A stretch of 64,000 nt of DNA, from positions 32,001 to 96,000 of IMG/VR virus record IMGVR_UViG_3300042291_001568; one strand, given 5' to 3'. Within the stretch, counting starts at the first letter, position 1. Each line of letters begins with the position of its first letter. Below the pieces are notes generated by a model, which saw only the letters and a list, made by a program, of their open reading frames with translations, searched no databases and was not told where the DNA came from. This document shows, in pieces, positions 1-8,566 of the stretch. The translations under genes and the position numbers were made by a program. Source of the DNA: a virus.

Positions 1-228
1 ACTCATGTTCAAATTCCAGGATCAATGTCTGCTCGAGTTGCGCATGGCAGAATTATTGGCTTTGACTTCTCACCAGCAGCGGCTTACGCAGGATACTTTG
101 GAGCAGAGATCAGCATCTCTGAAGGACCAGAGATCACAGCAGAAGCCTTCTGGGACATGGTGGCCAATAAATTGTCAGTCACACCTGACATGCAATCTGG
201 AGTAATTACCGCTTCTTGGATCTGCTGA
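1..228 (+). CDS. hypothetical protein, probably 5'-truncated by the window edge
   Basis: Frame 1 is open from base 1 to TGA at 226-228 and ends just before the first promoter motif at 246. Confidence 0.5.
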   Translation, partial: THVQIPGSMSARVAHGRIIGFDFSPAAAYAGYFGAEISISEGPEITAEAFWDMVANKLSVTPDMQSGVITASWIC

Positions 229-311
229 CCTTAGTTGTTCAAAAACTAAGGATGTTATAATTGATCTTATCAGGTAGGCACTCCGCCCACCTAACGACGA
301 AAGGACAAATA

Positions 312-476
312 ATGCTCGCAGGCAAACCATCCACCCGACTTCACGAAGTCATCGACTCATCGTTCCAGTACACGATGGTCGTCCACGCAGGAAGCAAGTC
401 AGCCTGCAACGCCTACTGGCTCGCTCAGGCAAGCCAGAAGCGCCAGGACCTCAAGGTCAGGGTCGCCAAGCGCTAA
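312..476 (+). CDS. small hypothetical protein (54 aa)
   Basis: ATG after promoter 246 and SD AAAGGA; C-terminal part of tracked ORF 261..476. Confidence 0.75.
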   Translation: MLAGKPSTRLHEVIDSSFQYTMVVHAGSKSACNAYWLAQASQKRQDLKVRVAKR

Positions 477-592
477 GGCGCTGGCGGCTTCGGCCTTGGC
501 CAAGTTTACAATTCCTAGTTCCAATGCCTCCTAAGTCTAGGCGGAACTAGGGATTGTATAATAGTCTTATACCTACAACGAAAGGACAAGAC

Positions 593-715
593 ATGCCAAC
601 AACTTGGAACTTTGACCTCCCATACGAGGCGCGCGACGAACACGAGGACGACGATTGGTGCGAAGGAGACGACGACTCCGAGCCGCGTCCATATTGGAAT
701 GGCGTCCCACACTAG
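593..715 (+). CDS. small acidic hypothetical protein (40 aa)
   Basis: Manually translated MPTTWNFDLPYEARDEHEDDDWCEGDDDSEPRPYWNGVPH; follows promoter 547 and SD AAAGGA. Confidence 0.7.
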   Translation: MPTTWNFDLPYEARDEHEDDDWCEGDDDSEPRPYWNGVPH

Positions 716-777
716 GGCCGCCAGGGCTTAGAACTAGAGAAGATATAATAGTCTTATCAACGACGAAGGGACACGAC

Positions 778-906
778 ATGGAAACAGCACACATCACAGA
801 CCAGACATGCGCCTGCGGATTCTCGTACCAGGATTGGATGGATTACGACGTCACTTGCGAAGCGCCAGAGAATGGCGATCTCCACTTATGGGAGCAGACC
901 AACTAA
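778..906 (+). CDS. small hypothetical protein, CxC/His, possible metal binding
   Basis: METAHITDQTCACGFSY...; follows promoter 734 and SD AAGGGA. Confidence 0.7.
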   Translation: METAHITDQTCACGFSYQDWMDYDVTCEAPENGDLHLWEQTN

Positions 907-955
907 AAACTCGGGATGTTATAATAATCTCATACCTACAACGAAGGGACACACG

Positions 956-1066
956 ATGATCAGGGCAATCAAACTCGGAATCAAAATATCACGCCAGCAG
1001 GGAATCCGCAAAGGGATCCAAGTTGGCCGCCACTTCTACCACTGGGCTCCAAAGGCCCGGTGGTAA
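956..1066 (+). CDS. small basic hypothetical protein (36 aa)
   Basis: Follows promoter 910 and SD AAGGGA. Confidence 0.65.
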   Translation: MIRAIKLGIKISRQQGIRKGIQVGRHFYHWAPKARW

Positions 1067-1113
1067 TCTAAGGATGTTATAATAATCTTATCAACGACGA
1101 AGGGACAAATCAA

Positions 1114-1365
1114 ATGAACACCAAATGGTGCTTACTCAAGACAAGTGACTCCGGCCCAATGGGACGCGGTCAGAGCAACAAAAAGAAAGTGTACGAGGTC
1201 ACCGTCACTGGAATGACTCTCGTATGCGAGTGGGGAATGGCAGAGAAGGCGCAACGACAAAGTTCAGTCGTGACCTACAGAAGCCACCAACACGCCCTTG
1301 CGGCCGCCTATACCAAGGTGCGGTCAAAGCAAGATCGGGGTTACCAGGTCGCGTACGCGGTCTAG
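1114..1365 (+). CDS. WGR-domain protein (paralogue 1)
   Basis: YEVTV...CEWG...AAAYTKVRSKQDRGY matches the WGR domain pattern; about 70% identical to 11714..11965 by manual alignment. Confidence 0.8.
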   Translation: MNTKWCLLKTSDSGPMGRGQSNKKKVYEVTVTGMTLVCEWGMAEKAQRQSSVVTYRSHQHALAAAYTKVRSKQDRGYQVAYAV

Positions 1366-1481
1366 GTAATCACTCCGGCGGGAAGGCTGCGATACCTCGA
1401 GCGGGTTCTTGGTTCAAAGCCTTCCATTCTGGAAACTAAGGATTGTATAATAGTCTCATACCTACAAATCAAGGAGAGATT

Positions 1482-1667
1482 ATGGTAAAGGTAAAATGGG
1501 GTAAAGGTGAAGTGGAAGTTAATTGTTCGGAAGAAGAATTAGCGGAAGTGTTATCGTGGGATAATGATATAATGTTGGGATGCTGGTTAGGTCTGGTAAA
1601 TGATAAAGGTCACGCGGCGGGTGTGGAATGGGCCAAAGAATATGACAAGATTCTGCGGGAGGGCTGA
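1482..1667 (+). CDS. small hypothetical protein (61 aa), very C-poor coding strand
   Basis: Follows promoter 1436 and SD AAGGAG. Confidence 0.7.
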   Translation: MVKVKWGKGEVEVNCSEEELAEVLSWDNDIMLGCWLGLVNDKGHAAGVEWAKEYDKILREG

Positions 1668-1723
1668 TCGTTGAATCTAAGGATTGTATAATAATCTTAT
1701 CAGCAAATGACAAAAGGACAACC

Positions 1724-1972
1724 ATGGAAACAGTGACAATTTGTGAATCAATTACCTGGGGCGGAACCAAAGAAGACGAGACGCTTCAAGATGTATTGGC
1801 CGACATTCAGAAAGCCGTACCTTCAGTGAAGATCACGCTTCTTGAAGCCCGCCCGTCGCACACCGGTGGATGGCCGATCTTTGAGTTGACCTTCAGCCGA
1901 GAGGATCTCTCATCACTTGCGGGCCTTTGGGAACTTGAGGTTGAGGATATCCTCGAGCGGGCTACGGCCTAA
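1724..1972 (+). CDS. hypothetical protein (82 aa)
   Basis: ORF track; follows promoter 1677 and SD AAAGGA. Confidence 0.75.
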   Translation: METVTICESITWGGTKEDETLQDVLADIQKAVPSVKITLLEARPSHTGGWPIFELTFSREDLSSLAGLWELEVEDILERATA

Positions 1973-2008
1973 GAGGTTTAACAATTCTAAGGATTGTATA
2001 ATGATTAC

Positions 2009-2161
2009 ATGACAACATACACCGTAACAATTCCACCATCCGCCCCACAAACAGTGTCCGCACCCGATCCGTATTCCGCTTACGAATCCGTATACAATTC
2101 CGCAATCCATTCCGTCAACCCAAAAAACTTTGACATCAACGATTACGTTACGACACCGTAA
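2009..2161 (+). CDS. leaderless small protein MTTYTVTIPP... (50 aa, paralogue 1)
   Basis: ATG 6 nt after TATAAT (1997-2002); paralogous to 10990..11142 (shared DPYxAYE and NPKxFDIxxYV). Confidence 0.75.
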   Translation: MTTYTVTIPPSAPQTVSAPDPYSAYESVYNSAIHSVNPKNFDINDYVTTP

Positions 2162-2239
2162 TCTGCGATCACGCTTCCACAGGGGCGAAAACTGTGGATT
2201 GTATAATGGTCTCATACCCACAACGACGAAAGAGGAAAA

Positions 2240-2473
2240 ATGAACACGAAAGAAACCCTGCTCGCAGCAATCGACCGTATCAAGGACAGCATCGACTTCT
2301 CTGATACATTCAGCGCGGTCTACGAGTCCACCTACCTGATTGGGAACGAACTCGCCCAAGACGAATTCACAATCCGCTTGGACAAAATTACCGAAGTCCT
2401 CAGCAACGACGACGACATCCTGGCATTCGCACTCGCCCTCAACGGAATCCGCGAGGAGGTTGCGGCCTTATAA
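2240..2473 (+). CDS. hypothetical protein (77 aa)
   Basis: ORF track; follows promoter 2192 and SD AGAGGA. Confidence 0.75.
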   Translation: MNTKETLLAAIDRIKDSIDFSDTFSAVYESTYLIGNELAQDEFTIRLDKITEVLSNDDDILAFALALNGIREEVAAL

Positions 2474-2510
2474 GCCTCGAGCGGAAACTCAGGATTGTAT
2501 AATAGTCTAC

Positions 2511-2672
2511 ATGAGGACAACAACAAAACAAAAAAAGCGAACAATCGCAAAATGGGACGAAGTCGATCGCCAAGGCTTCGCGGATGGCGGCCGCTTGCGG
2601 GCGCAAACGATCCCGAACAAAAAGCGAGTTGCGGCTCGCAAAGCCTGCCGGGACAAATCCCGGTGGGCGTAA
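2511..2672 (+). CDS. leaderless small basic protein (53 aa)
   Basis: ATG 7 nt after TATAAT (2498-2503); MRTTTKQKKRTIAKWDEVDRQGFADG... Confidence 0.7.
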   Translation: MRTTTKQKKRTIAKWDEVDRQGFADGGRLRAQTIPNKKRVAARKACRDKSRWA

Positions 2673-2736
2673 TGGCGCTCAAGATCTATGGATGATATAA
2701 TAATCTTATCAACAACGACGAAGGACAGATAACAAA

Positions 2737-2964
2737 ATGGAAGAAGCAACTGCGGCGCCCGGCCCAGCCATGGGCAAGGCAATCATAAAAGTCAACAACA
2801 CTGCCACAAAGCGCACGCGCAATCGCGTGAAAGAAGGTGGACCAGTCTTTGAGTTCTTTGACAATGCACACGCCAGACCTGGCGAACTATTGTTGCGGTC
2901 GCCAAAGACACAGTGGCTTGGGTGGCTACCAATAGATGAGATCGATTGGAAGCTTGATATTTGA
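2737..2964 (+). CDS. hypothetical protein (75 aa)
   Basis: ORF track; follows promoter 2686 and SD AAGGA. Confidence 0.7.
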   Translation: MEEATAAPGPAMGKAIIKVNNTATKRTRNRVKEGGPVFEFFDNAHARPGELLLRSPKTQWLGWLPIDEIDWKLDI

Positions 2965-3024
2965 ACTAAGGATTGTATAATAATCTTATCAACAACAACA
3001 ACTGAAAAAAGGACACACAACAAA

Positions 3025-3345
3025 ATGAAGACAGCAATGGTAATTGACACACAGGGACACGTGTCCACATTAGACATCTCAGTGCGCTCACTTGAGCAAA
3101 TGCAAGCTGCGGTCGGCGGATACGTCCAAGCGGTAGACATAGCCGACGACGTAACCTTGTGGTGCAACGAAGAAGGCAAAATGATGGGTCTCGAGCATAA
3201 TCCATTTGCTCAGCTCCTGTGGGATCGCACTTTCGGTGCGGGTACTGACTACATCGTCGGAACAGTGGTCATCACTGGTGGCGCGGACGATGAAGGCGAG
3301 ACTGTGGGACTGACAGCCGAGCAGGTAGCGTCGCTCGGGCTATAA
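3025..3345 (+). CDS. DUF3846-like protein
   Basis: LEQMQAAVGGYVQ...WCNEEGK..GL..N...IVGTVVITG matches the DUF3846 family pattern. Confidence 0.75.
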   Translation: MKTAMVIDTQGHVSTLDISVRSLEQMQAAVGGYVQAVDIADDVTLWCNEEGKMMGLEHNPFAQLLWDRTFGAGTDYIVGTVVITGGADDEGETVGLTAEQVASLGL

Positions 3346-3394
3346 GTTCTAAAGAAGATATAATTGAACTATCAACGAATGACAAGGACAACTC

Positions 3395-3586
3395 ATGACT
3401 GAGTACGAAGTTCACGTAGTCTTTCGTGTCACTGAAGAAGACAGCGGCATTGAGGAGCAAGTAGCCGAACGAGCATGGTCTTTCATCGAGCAGACTCTCG
3501 AGCCGACATCAATTGATGTGCTCAGTGTCAACGAGATTCCAGAAGCGCCTTCAGCAGAGATCATCGCATTCCCACGCGCTGACTAG
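3395..3586 (+). CDS. small acidic hypothetical protein
   Basis: ORF track; follows promoter 3349; its stop TAG overlaps the next motif. Confidence 0.7.
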   Translation: MTEYEVHVVFRVTEEDSGIEEQVAERAWSFIEQTLEPTSIDVLSVNEIPEAPSAEIIAFPRAD

Positions 3587-3632
3587 GGATTGTATAATTG
3601 AACTATCAACAGCAACGACAAAAGGACAGAAA

Positions 3633-3890
3633 ATGAAAGTATCGCCAAAAGACCTAGACAATTTGATCTTTGCTCTCGCGCCGCTAGACACTAAGGCGTT
3701 GCGTGACGCGCATCTCACCAGCTACGCTAAAGGAGAGTTGCGGTGCAAAGATGCCAACGTGCGCTATCGCTGGGATCTATACTGGACAGCAGTCTATCGT
3801 GGATTCTCGTTCAGCAAAGATACGTACAACGATGCGCACATTGACACAGCACTTCGTCATGCGGTCCCTTTACTAATCGATGTTATCTAA
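3633..3890 (+). CDS. hypothetical protein (85 aa)
   Basis: ATG after promoter 3583 and SD AAAGGA. Confidence 0.75.
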   Translation: MKVSPKDLDNLIFALAPLDTKALRDAHLTSYAKGELRCKDANVRYRWDLYWTAVYRGFSFSKDTYNDAHIDTALRHAVPLLIDVI

Positions 3891-3952
3891 TTAGGTAACA
3901 GCGCGGTAAGGTTCTACGGATTGTATAATAACTACATAGCAACGAAGGGACA

Positions 3953-4162
3953 ATGATGACAACCACATTTTACTCAAAAATAGAAACTCGGCGGTGCTCG
4001 CATTGCGGGTATAAAGGCGAAGTTGAAGTGCCCAACGCGGGCTTATTCAAACGCAGCTCAGGCGCGCTAATCCAAGAGGCTTTCCCAGACCTCAGCAAAG
4101 AACTCCGGGAGCAGCTAATGACTGGCACTCACCCCGAGTGCTGGGCAGAGATGTTTGGATAG
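3953..4162 (+). CDS. small putative Zn-binding protein
   Basis: CSHCG and HPEC motifs; follows promoter 3914. Confidence 0.75.
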   Translation: MMTTTFYSKIETRRCSHCGYKGEVEVPNAGLFKRSSGALIQEAFPDLSKELREQLMTGTHPECWAEMFG

Positions 4163-4208
4163 CTGCGGATTGTATAATTGTCTTATCAGCCAAAACAAAA
4201 GGACAACA

Positions 4209-4379
4209 ATGAGAACAGTAAATGACATCATGGAAGAGATCGAAGTTGGGATCATGGACGCCCAGTCCGACTACCCACACCTTAGCCTTGAAGACCTCAC
4301 AGGAGACGTGGTCCGCAGCATCGTTGTGGATTGCCACCCAGCTGTAGCCAGCGAAGTGCTACGGCGGTACGGTCTCTAG
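4209..4379 (+). CDS. small hypothetical protein (56 aa)
   Basis: Follows promoter 4163 and SD AAAGGA. Confidence 0.7.
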   Translation: MRTVNDIMEEIEVGIMDAQSDYPHLSLEDLTGDVVRSIVVDCHPAVASEVLRRYGL

Positions 4380-4397
4380 GGATTGTATAATAATCTT

Positions 4398-4637
4398 ATG
4401 GAAACAACAAAGACAAAAGACATCAAACAAGTAGACCTCATCGTCCATACCTCATGCGGTATAGCGTTCGAAGTCACTGACGTACTGACTGGAGAGTCCC
4501 TCACGGAAGGACGAATCAATTGGTGCACAGACGAAGACATTGAAGAAGATGAAGAGATTGAGTCACGCGGTTGGAACCACTTTCGCAAAAAGATTGCCAA
4601 GCAAGGTTGGACAATCAGAGAAGAAGTCTGGTCGTAG
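4398..4637 (+). CDS. leaderless hypothetical protein (79 aa)
   Basis: ATG 6 nt after TATAAT (4386-4391). Confidence 0.75.
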   Translation: METTKTKDIKQVDLIVHTSCGIAFEVTDVLTGESLTEGRINWCTDEDIEEDEEIESRGWNHFRKKIAKQGWTIREEVWS

Positions 4638-4691
4638 CTCTAACTAAGGATTGTATAATGGTCTTATCAACACAACGACAAAAGGAAACAC

Positions 4692-4871
4692 ATGCTAAAA
4701 AGTAGACACATCAGAAACACACGAGCGGCCGAGCGTAGACTTTACGCAATCGTCGCAAAAGCAAATGAGCTAAAAGCAGAGTCAGAAGAAGTCCGTGAGT
4801 ACCTGCGGGAAAACCATGAGTCAATTGAAGCAACATTGAAAGCGTTTGACGTAGCGGGTATTCGCTACTAA
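4692..4871 (+). CDS. small helical hypothetical protein (59 aa)
   Basis: Manually translated MLKSRHIRNTRAAERRLYAIV...; follows promoter 4644; its stop abuts the thyX ATG. Confidence 0.7.
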   Translation: MLKSRHIRNTRAAERRLYAIVAKANELKAESEEVREYLRENHESIEATLKAFDVAGIRY

Positions 4872-5567
4872 ATGAAAGAGCTAATCAACGTTGGCGGAGG
4901 ATTCGTTCGCTTGGACGCAGCGATGGCAGACGACATGTCTGTCGTCAATGCGGCCCGAGTGTCGTTTGCAAAGCAAAAGCAAGAGAACGAATGGATAGCA
5001 ATGTCAGAGGTTGACAAAGGTCTTGTCAACTTTCTCATGCGGGAGCGTCATGGAACTCCGTTTGAGCACAACGCTTTTCGCTTCCATGTCAAGTGCCCGG
5101 TCTTTGTTGCTCGTGAGTGGTTTCGTCACCGTATTGGATCATTCAATGAGTTTAGCGCGCGGTACTCAGAAGTTCCAAATGAGTTCTTCGTGCCGGCTGA
5201 AAGTGATGTTAGGACGCAAGTCGGCAAGCCAGGCGCATATCGCTTTGAGCCTGTAGATGCTGAATTGTCTCGTGAGACTGTAGAACTCATTCAAAAAAAC
5301 AATGAGCAAGCGTACGAAGCGTACCAGCACATGATAGTTCGTGGCGTAGCAAAAGAACTTGCTCGAGCGGTTCTACCTGTCTCAATGTATACACAATTCT
5401 ATTGGACAGTAAATGCGCGCTCGCTCATGAACTTTTTGTCGCTGAGACAGCACGAGTCCGCGCAACGCGATATTCGTGAGTACGCTAATGCGGTGTGCGA
5501 ACTTGCGTCGCCTGTGATGCCGGTTACGTTTGCGGCGTGGGAACAAAACGCTCGTATCGCGCCGTAA
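4872..5567 (+). CDS. thyX: FAD-dependent thymidylate synthase
   Basis: H.TPFEH, AREWFRHRIGSFNEFSARY (ThyX motif RHRx7S), KELARAVLP, NARSLMNFLSLR, AQRDIR. Confidence 0.96.
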   Translation: MKELINVGGGFVRLDAAMADDMSVVNAARVSFAKQKQENEWIAMSEVDKGLVNFLMRERHGTPFEHNAFRFHVKCPVFVAREWFRHRIGSFNEFSARYSEVPNEFFVPAESDVRTQVGKPGAYRFEPVDAELSRETVELIQKNNEQAYEAYQHMIVRGVAKELARAVLPVSMYTQFYWTVNARSLMNFLSLRQHESAQRDIREYANAVCELASPVMPVTFAAWEQNARIAP

Positions 5568-5590
5568 ACTCAGGATTGTATAATGATACT

Positions 5591-5764
5591 ATGAACAACG
5601 CGGACCTAGACAAAGCAATTGACTTCGCGGAGGGATACCAGAATACGTATCCTTTCTGCAAAAAGATGGCAATTCACTTCAATCGACTTGGGTACCTTAC
5701 AAGCAGCCAGGTTCAGACCCTACTTTCAATCAAAAAGGAACATGGGCTAAAAGCTCGGTTCTAG
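5591..5764 (+). CDS. leaderless hypothetical protein (57 aa)
   Basis: ATG 6 nt after TATAAT (5579-5584). Confidence 0.75.
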   Translation: MNNADLDKAIDFAEGYQNTYPFCKKMAIHFNRLGYLTSSQVQTLLSIKKEHGLKARF

Positions 5765-5812
5765 CTTCTTGGGATGATAAAGTAGCTAATAACAACATGG
5801 AAGGAAACCAAA

Positions 5813-5917
5813 ATGGAATTTGTAGTATCATTTGATAACACAGTGGCATCAGTGGCATGGGCTTTGACAGTCTTCTTGCTTGGTGGAATGGCAATTAGCA
5901 AGCGTCGGACAAAATAG
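5813..5917 (+). CDS. small membrane protein (34 aa)
   Basis: MEFVVSFDNTVASVAWALTVFLLGGMAISKRRTK; SD AAGGA; follows variant promoter 5768. Confidence 0.6.
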   Translation: MEFVVSFDNTVASVAWALTVFLLGGMAISKRRTK

Positions 5918-5918
5918 C

Positions 5919-6098
5919 ATGGAAGCATTAGAGATAAGCACGGCTGCAAAGCTCGCGCTCGCGACGCTTCCAGCAGTGGCCTTCGTATTAGTTATGCGCG
6001 GCTATGGCACTCTCGCAGAGTGCTCTTTGCAAAAGAAAGCAGAACTCGCTGGCAGTAAGCATCGCCACCCGACTAATGCAAATTACAAGGCTGGCTAA
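5919..6098 (+). CDS. small putative membrane protein (59 aa)
   Basis: Hydrophobic segment LALATLPAVAFVLVM; starts 1 nt after the previous stop. Confidence 0.55.
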   Translation: MEALEISTAAKLALATLPAVAFVLVMRGYGTLAECSLQKKAELAGSKHRHPTNANYKAG

Positions 6099-6176
6099 TT
6101 TTCTAGGGATGTTATTATAATCCTGTCAACCTTTACGGTAAGACAACAACAACGACAAACGACAAAGGACTAAGCT

Positions 6177-6692
6177 ATGGGAATGGATGTGTACGGAAGA
6201 AATGCTACGTCAGAAAAAGGCGAGTACTTTCGCAATAATGTTTGGTGGTGGAGACCACTGTGGAACTACTGTCTTGAAGTAGCTCCGGCACTATGCGGTG
6301 AAGTCGATGGCGACACTAATGGTGGCGATGGATTAGACGAAGATGGCGCACAAGAACTCAGCGCTATTCTAAAAGAGTGCCTTGCAACTGGGCACACCTT
6401 TGAATACGAAGACAAATACAACAAACACATCGCGGAGTTGCCACAAACAGACTGCGCGTATTGCGGTACGACTGGGATCCGCACTGACAAAGTAGGCGAA
6501 GAATTTGGAATGCCTGCTAAGCAACTGGAAGAAGCGCTTGCCGTCTTACTTGGCCGCACGCACGGCACTTGCAATGGTTGCGGTGGCGAAGGCAAGGTTG
6601 CTTCGTGGGAAGCTTCGTATCCATTCTCAGCAGAGAACGTTGAAGAGTTCGCAGAGTTTCTTGCGCAAAGCGGTGGCTTCTCAATTTGCTGA
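6177..6692 (+). CDS. hypothetical protein with DnaJ-type CxxCxGxG zinc-finger repeats
   Basis: CAYCGTTG and CNGCGGEG; follows promoter 6103 and SD AAAGGA. Confidence 0.8.
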   Translation: MGMDVYGRNATSEKGEYFRNNVWWWRPLWNYCLEVAPALCGEVDGDTNGGDGLDEDGAQELSAILKECLATGHTFEYEDKYNKHIAELPQTDCAYCGTTGIRTDKVGEEFGMPAKQLEEALAVLLGRTHGTCNGCGGEGKVASWEASYPFSAENVEEFAEFLAQSGGFSIC

Positions 6693-6799
6693 TCTAATGT
6701 CCCGACCTCGATAAGTTCTTACTGTGATAAGACTCGAGGTTGGACTTACAATCTAAGGATTGTATAATAGTACTATCAACAACAACAGGAGGACACGCT

Positions 6800-7009
6800 G
6801 TGGCACATTACGTAGACACGGTTCTTGAAGGACTCAAGGAGATTGGTCATACGGCCAAGAAACTGGGCATCGAGAAAGTAGCAGAAGCTGCAGGGATCAA
6901 ACCGAGAATGGTAAAGAAGTTCACGGTTGACCCGATGACATGCAACAATGCGGACATCAGAAAGATCACAGCCGCCGTCAAAGAACTAACAGAGGACAAA
7001 CCAGAATGA
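6800..7009 (+). CDS. small putative helix-turn-helix protein
   Basis: GTG start after SD GGAGGA; LGIEKVAEAAGIKPRMVKKF is HTH-like. Confidence 0.65.
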   Translation: MAHYVDTVLEGLKEIGHTAKKLGIEKVAEAAGIKPRMVKKFTVDPMTCNNADIRKITAAVKELTEDKPE

Positions 7010-7344
7010 CATCAGCAGAAGAAACAGTCATACGCCACATATCGCTCGGGGTATACGACAGTACGTTAGCGGACATAGAGAAAGCTCTAACAGAGCGACT
7101 CCGAGTCACGCGGCAGTCAAGAACTATCAAAGACTATGGCGTAGGCGACAAGGTCGTATTCAATAGCCTATGCGGTACACAGTACTTACAAGGAGCCACA
7201 GGGGTAGTTGTAGGCTTGAAGCAGAAAAAGTTGCTGGTCAAATTGGACAATCCAGTAGGACGATTTGTCCGCTATTCGTCAGATGGGAAAGTAGAGTCGT
7301 CGAGTATCAGTGTACCGACAAGCATCGTTGACATAGTAAGGTAG
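7006..7344 (+). CDS. hypothetical protein, possible SH3/KOW-like C-terminus
   Basis: ATGA overlap with the previous stop; YGVGDKVVFN...GVVVGLKQKKLLVKLD. Confidence 0.7.
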   Translation: MTSAEETVIRHISLGVYDSTLADIEKALTERLRVTRQSRTIKDYGVGDKVVFNSLCGTQYLQGATGVVVGLKQKKLLVKLDNPVGRFVRYSSDGKVESSSISVPTSIVDIVR

Positions 7345-7350
7345 TACTCA

Positions 7351-7938
7351 ATGACAACCATAGTGTGCGTACAAGGACCTAAGTGGGCAGTAGTCGGCTA
7401 CGACTCTCAAGTGACAGAAGAAGATGGTCGTCGCTACACGATGGCACGCGGTTCAACAAAGGTCGCAAGGAATGGCGAGTTTCTTCTCGGTGCTGCGGGT
7501 GATGTGCGAGCAATCAACATCCTTACGCACGCATTCTTTCCACCACAAGTCGGTGACTTAGTTGGAGTGCGGCTAGACAAATACATGACTAGCAAATTCA
7601 TTCCTTCATTGCGGACGTGCTTTGAAGCTCAAGGCTACGCAGCGTCAGGTAAAGACGAGCAAGCACAGTACGGATCAGATGTTCTTGCGGTAGTCAATGG
7701 AACTGTCTACGTCATTGGTGACGACTACTCGTGGGTACGAGATGCTGCGGGTGTGTACGCGCTGGGAACTGGCGGCGACTACGCATTAGGCAGTCTGCAT
7801 TCGTTCGGATTGCCAAAGCTCATGACAAAAGTGTCTGCGGCTCAAGATGCGGTGCGGCAATCTTTACAAATTGCTGCAAAACTAGATCCCGGGTCAGGAC
7901 CACCTTTCCATATTGTAAGCCAACTTGCTCCAAAATAG
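7351..7938 (+). CDS. HslV/proteasome beta-subunit-like Ntn-hydrolase (Thr protease)
   Basis: N-terminal MTTIV, D-S-Q-V-T, a Lys at the catalytic Lys33-like position (GSTKV), LLGAAGD, ALGTGGDYALG. Confidence 0.8.
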   Translation: MTTIVCVQGPKWAVVGYDSQVTEEDGRRYTMARGSTKVARNGEFLLGAAGDVRAINILTHAFFPPQVGDLVGVRLDKYMTSKFIPSLRTCFEAQGYAASGKDEQAQYGSDVLAVVNGTVYVIGDDYSWVRDAAGVYALGTGGDYALGSLHSFGLPKLMTKVSAAQDAVRQSLQIAAKLDPGSGPPFHIVSQLAPK

Positions 7939-7961
7939 ACGCAAACGAAAGAAGAATAGAC

Positions 7962-8207
7962 ATGAACGACGAAAATGACCTGATGAGTTGGAGAGACAAA
8001 GCTGCATGCATTGGTCGCCAAGAACTATTCTTTGAAGATCACAAAAGTACTACGGTGCGAAAGGCAAAAAGCGTATGCGCTACCTGTGCGGTGATTGACA
8101 ACTGTAGAGAGTACGCACTCGTCCATACTGAGTTTGGAGTCTGGGGCGGAATGACTGCAAACGAAAGGCGACGTATGTTGCGGGTACGCCGTAGGCAGCA
8201 AAAGTAG
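7962..8207 (+). CDS. whiB: WhiB-family Fe-S transcription factor
   Basis: W...AAC...LFF...AKSVCATC.V...C..YAL...FGVWGGMT..ER: four Cys plus GVWGG. Confidence 0.93.
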   Translation: MNDENDLMSWRDKAACIGRQELFFEDHKSTTVRKAKSVCATCAVIDNCREYALVHTEFGVWGGMTANERRRMLRVRRRQQK

Positions 8208-8279
8208 AATGAAATACTCAATAGCTCCGTTGACTTGTAGTATCGTGTATGACTTAGGACAATATGTACGGAGGAAGCA

Positions 8280-8435
8280 ATGTCAGAAAACTCAGAGAAG
8301 CGTAAGCCACAAAAGTGGAAGTGCCCTAAATGCGACAACACTATGATCACTTTTGTCGGCCTTAGTGAGAACCCTACTTGCCGCAATCCTTCTGCGCACT
8401 CAACTACGACCGTAGAAATGGAAGAAACTAAATGA
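8280..8435 (+). CDS. small zinc-finger protein (51 aa)
   Basis: WKCPKC...PTCRNPSAH; SD GGAGG. Confidence 0.65.
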   Translation: MSENSEKRKPQKWKCPKCDNTMITFVGLSENPTCRNPSAHSTTTVEMEETK

Positions 8436-8566
8436 TCTTTCTCGTACTTGCTTTCTTGTTTACGTTTGCGGCAATGTCAGTTCGCCTCGCTCGTAAAGAG
8501 AAGGTGCACGGTACGGCTCTTCTTGGGGTAGTCAGTCCTCAAAAAGATATTGACAAAAAATTGTAG
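8432..8566 (+). CDS. small membrane protein (44 aa)
   Basis: ATGA overlap; MIFLVLAFLFTFAAMSVRL is hydrophobic. Confidence 0.5.
   Translation: MIFLVLAFLFTFAAMSVRLARKEKVHGTALLGVVSPQKDIDKKL

Larger units (their letters stand above)
246..6799 (+). promoter_or_regulatory. array of 22 copies of a conserved promoter/leader motif (block 1)
   Basis: CTnnGGATnn followed by a -10-like hexamer (mostly TATAAT) at 246, 547, 734, 910, 1068, 1436, 1677, 1987, 2192, 2488, 2686, 2966, 3349, 3583, 3914, 4163, 4376, 4644, 5569, 5768, 6103, 6753. Each is followed by (a/g)(a/g)tcttATC and an SD such as ACGAAAGGAC, or directly by an ATG. Confidence 0.9.

Noticed and set aside
261-6799. Longer upstream starts given by the ORF track (e.g. 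261, 655, 872, 1443, 2340, 3513, 4155, 4383, 5495, 6740)
   Set aside because: These starts fall inside or upstream of the promoter motifs; downstream ATG/GTG codons with an SD or leaderless spacing are more plausible.
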